NCBI GenBank assembly: GCA_038245785.1
Contig: JBBRSB010000003.1
Location: 128,001 to 192,000, forward strand
DNA length: 64,000 bases
Source of the DNA: Gloeobacterales cyanobacterium
GTDB taxonomy: Bacteria > Cyanobacteriota > Cyanobacteriia > Gloeobacterales > PMM-0068
Reading direction: 5' to 3'
Shown here: piece by piece, positions 62,086-64,000 of the stretch
How the letters are laid out: each line of letters opens with the position of its first letter
Numbering within the stretch: the first letter of the stretch is position 1
The notes under the pieces: generated by a model
Databases searched by the model: none
What the model saw: the letters and a program-made list of their open reading frames with translations, nothing else
Told to the model about the DNA's origin: nothing
Position numbers and translations under genes: made by a program

Positions 62086-63381
62086 ATGGTCCTCAACCCA
62101 CAGGACAACCTACCCAAGAATGGAACTTCCCATTCCCCGATGGTGATCAAAGCGCATGATGTAATTCGGCGAGAGCGTTTAACCGATGACCATGCCTACG
62201 ATGCTGTGGGTTTCAAGGATTTAGTAACCCGCGCCCTTAAACTGAGTGCTTCAGATATCCATCTGTGCGTCAATGAGTCTCCCCGCTTCCGTATTCGGGG
62301 TGAGATTGAAACGTTCAACCTACCTCTGATTAGTGAATTTGTTTTTTACCGCTGGCTGGAAGAAATTCTTTCTCCTCAGCAAATCGCCAAGTTTGAAGAG
62401 GAGCAGGAATACGATACCGCAGCTTATTTCCCCGATTTGATCCGCTGCCGGATTAACTTGTTTTTCTCTCTCTTAGGCTCTTCGATGGTGATTCGTTTGA
62501 TTCCCCTGGAAGCGAAGAGCATGGAGCAGCTCTACATGCCCGAAAAGCTCAAAGAACTGTGCGCTATGCCCAAGGGCTTGTTTCTGATTACCGGGCCGAC
62601 GGGGTCTGGTAAATCTACGACCGTAGCAGCCATGATTCGCTACATGAATGAGAACTTTAAAAAGAATATTGTTTCGATTGAAGACCCGATTGAATTCGTC
62701 CATACCTCAAAAAAATGTGCTATCCGTCAACGAGAAGTCGGTATCCATACCAAAGCTTTTGAGAATGCTTTGCGGGCCGTACTTCGGGAAGACCCCGATA
62801 TCATTTTGATTGGAGAAATGCGGGACCGAATGACGGTGGAAACAGCTTTGAAAGCAGCACAGACAGGGCACTTGGTCTTCGGCACACTACATACTAATAG
62901 TGCAGTTGCTACGATTAACCGGATCTTGAATATTTTCCAACCTTCTGAACAAGAACCCATTCGTCGCCAACTCGCAGAGTCTCTTGTCGCCATTGCAGCC
63001 CAGATGTTGGTGCCTTCCACAGACGGAGGCCGCCGAGCAGTCATGGAGCTTTATATCAATACGGTCACGGGTAAAGATTTTGTTGACCGAGGAGATTATG
63101 ACCAACTTAGTCAACTGATTAAAGAATGTGACTATGAAGGCATGCAAACTATGAATGATGTCATGTTTAATTTAGTTAAAGAAGGGATCATTACGCCAGA
63201 AACTGCCATCAAGTTTTCACCCTATTCCAATGAGATGAGTCAGCTTTTGCGCGGGAAAGAAGAGAACCTGATAGCGGCTAATCGGGAAGCTCAAGAGAGT
63301 AATCCCCGCAATTCTTTTGGTAGTGGCACTCAGTATTCAGGTTCCTACAAGCAAAATCCTAATCGCCCCACACAGCCCTAG
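62086..63381 (+). CDS. pilT: Type IV pilus retraction ATPase PilT/PilU family
   Basis: ASDIHL, TGPTGSGKSTT, EDPIE, LREDPDIILIGEMRD, TGHLVFGTLHT. Confidence 0.88.
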   Translation: MVLNPQDNLPKNGTSHSPMVIKAHDVIRRERLTDDHAYDAVGFKDLVTRALKLSASDIHLCVNESPRFRIRGEIETFNLPLISEFVFYRWLEEILSPQQIAKFEEEQEYDTAAYFPDLIRCRINLFFSLLGSSMVIRLIPLEAKSMEQLYMPEKLKELCAMPKGLFLITGPTGSGKSTTVAAMIRYMNENFKKNIVSIEDPIEFVHTSKKCAIRQREVGIHTKAFENALRAVLREDPDIILIGEMRDRMTVETALKAAQTGHLVFGTLHTNSAVATINRILNIFQPSEQEPIRRQLAESLVAIAAQMLVPSTDGGRRAVMELYINTVTGKDFVDRGDYDQLSQLIKECDYEGMQTMNDVMFNLVKEGIITPETAIKFSPYSNEMSQLLRGKEENLIAANREAQESNPRNSFGSGTQYSGSYKQNPNRPTQP

Positions 63382-63407
63382 GCCCCAAACTCCCGTAGCA
63401 TGAGAGC

Positions 63408-63887
63408 ATGCGAATTTTTGGGATAGATCCCGGTACAGCAATTGTGGGCTACGGTGTGGTAGACATTTCTCTTGAAGGAACATTCACCACGGTGGATTTT
63501 GGTGTGGTGTCTACACCTGCCCACACGCCCTATCACGAACGGCTAGCTCAAATTCATGAAGATGTGACTACGCTCTTACAGAAATGGCAGCCTGACCGAG
63601 CGGCAGTTGAAAAGCTTTTCTTCTATCAGATGGGCAATACTATTTCCATCGCCCAAGCGCGTGGGGTGATTCTTCTCTGCCTCGCCCAGCAAAGCGTTCC
63701 CTTCCATGAATTTAGCCCTCCCCAAATCAAATTAACGCTGGCAGGAGATGGAAGAGCCGATAAAAAGGCGATGCAAGAAGCGGTAAGACGAGAATTAGGA
63801 CTTGAGAAAATTCCAAAACCCGATGATGCTGCCGATGGCTTAGCGATTGCACTAACCTGTTGGTTTCTAGAACGTTCTTCTTGGTGA
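63408..63887 (+). CDS. ruvC: Holliday junction resolvase RuvC
   Basis: GIDPG, VEKLFF, QARG, GRADK, DDAADGLAIA. Confidence 0.95.
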   Translation: MRIFGIDPGTAIVGYGVVDISLEGTFTTVDFGVVSTPAHTPYHERLAQIHEDVTTLLQKWQPDRAAVEKLFFYQMGNTISIAQARGVILLCLAQQSVPFHEFSPPQIKLTLAGDGRADKKAMQEAVRRELGLEKIPKPDDAADGLAIALTCWFLERSSW

Positions 63888-64000
63888 CATAACTCTTCTT
63901 TTAACTTTCCTAATGTGTTTGCAACCAATGAGTAAGGTCTGTTTCACGATAAGCTAACCCAAATGACACGACTCCTTCTGCCTGGACTTTTTGCCTTCCG

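Overview
Cyanobacterial chromosomal DNA (psaC, petN, NtcA-type glnA promoter). It is probably from the early-branching Gloeobacterales, an inference from Asn replacing the usual non-ligand Cys in PsaC (WDGNRA) and the near-absence of HIP1 octamers. From left to right: (1) the 3' part of a lasso-peptide cluster with a cyclase C-terminus, two unannotated 48-aa precursors, an HPr-kinase-like kinase, an ABC exporter and a nucleotidyltransferase; (2) housekeeping genes (glnA, dapL, fbp, tatA, a glycosyltransferase, a DICT/degenerate HD-GYP/pentapeptide fusion); (3) a ~26-kb rearranged scytonemin-type island: scyA-B-C plus a fused ScyD/E-ScyF gene, a divergent trpEG-C-A-B-aroG-tyrA operon with an aroC stub, a histidine kinase with an AraC response regulator lacking the phospho-Asp, and eboA-F with an in-frame eboE/eboD chimera. 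A shared promoter motif precedes scyA, trpE and eboB; (4) a decaying toxin-antitoxin/Uma2/IS region; (5) housekeeping genes (pheT, gyrA, ssb, rpsF, dapF, ABC-2 pair, psaC, an NTR-like flavoprotein, petN, pilT, ruvC). I saw no rRNA, tRNA or CRISPR array. All calls come from reading motifs by eye; no searches were run.
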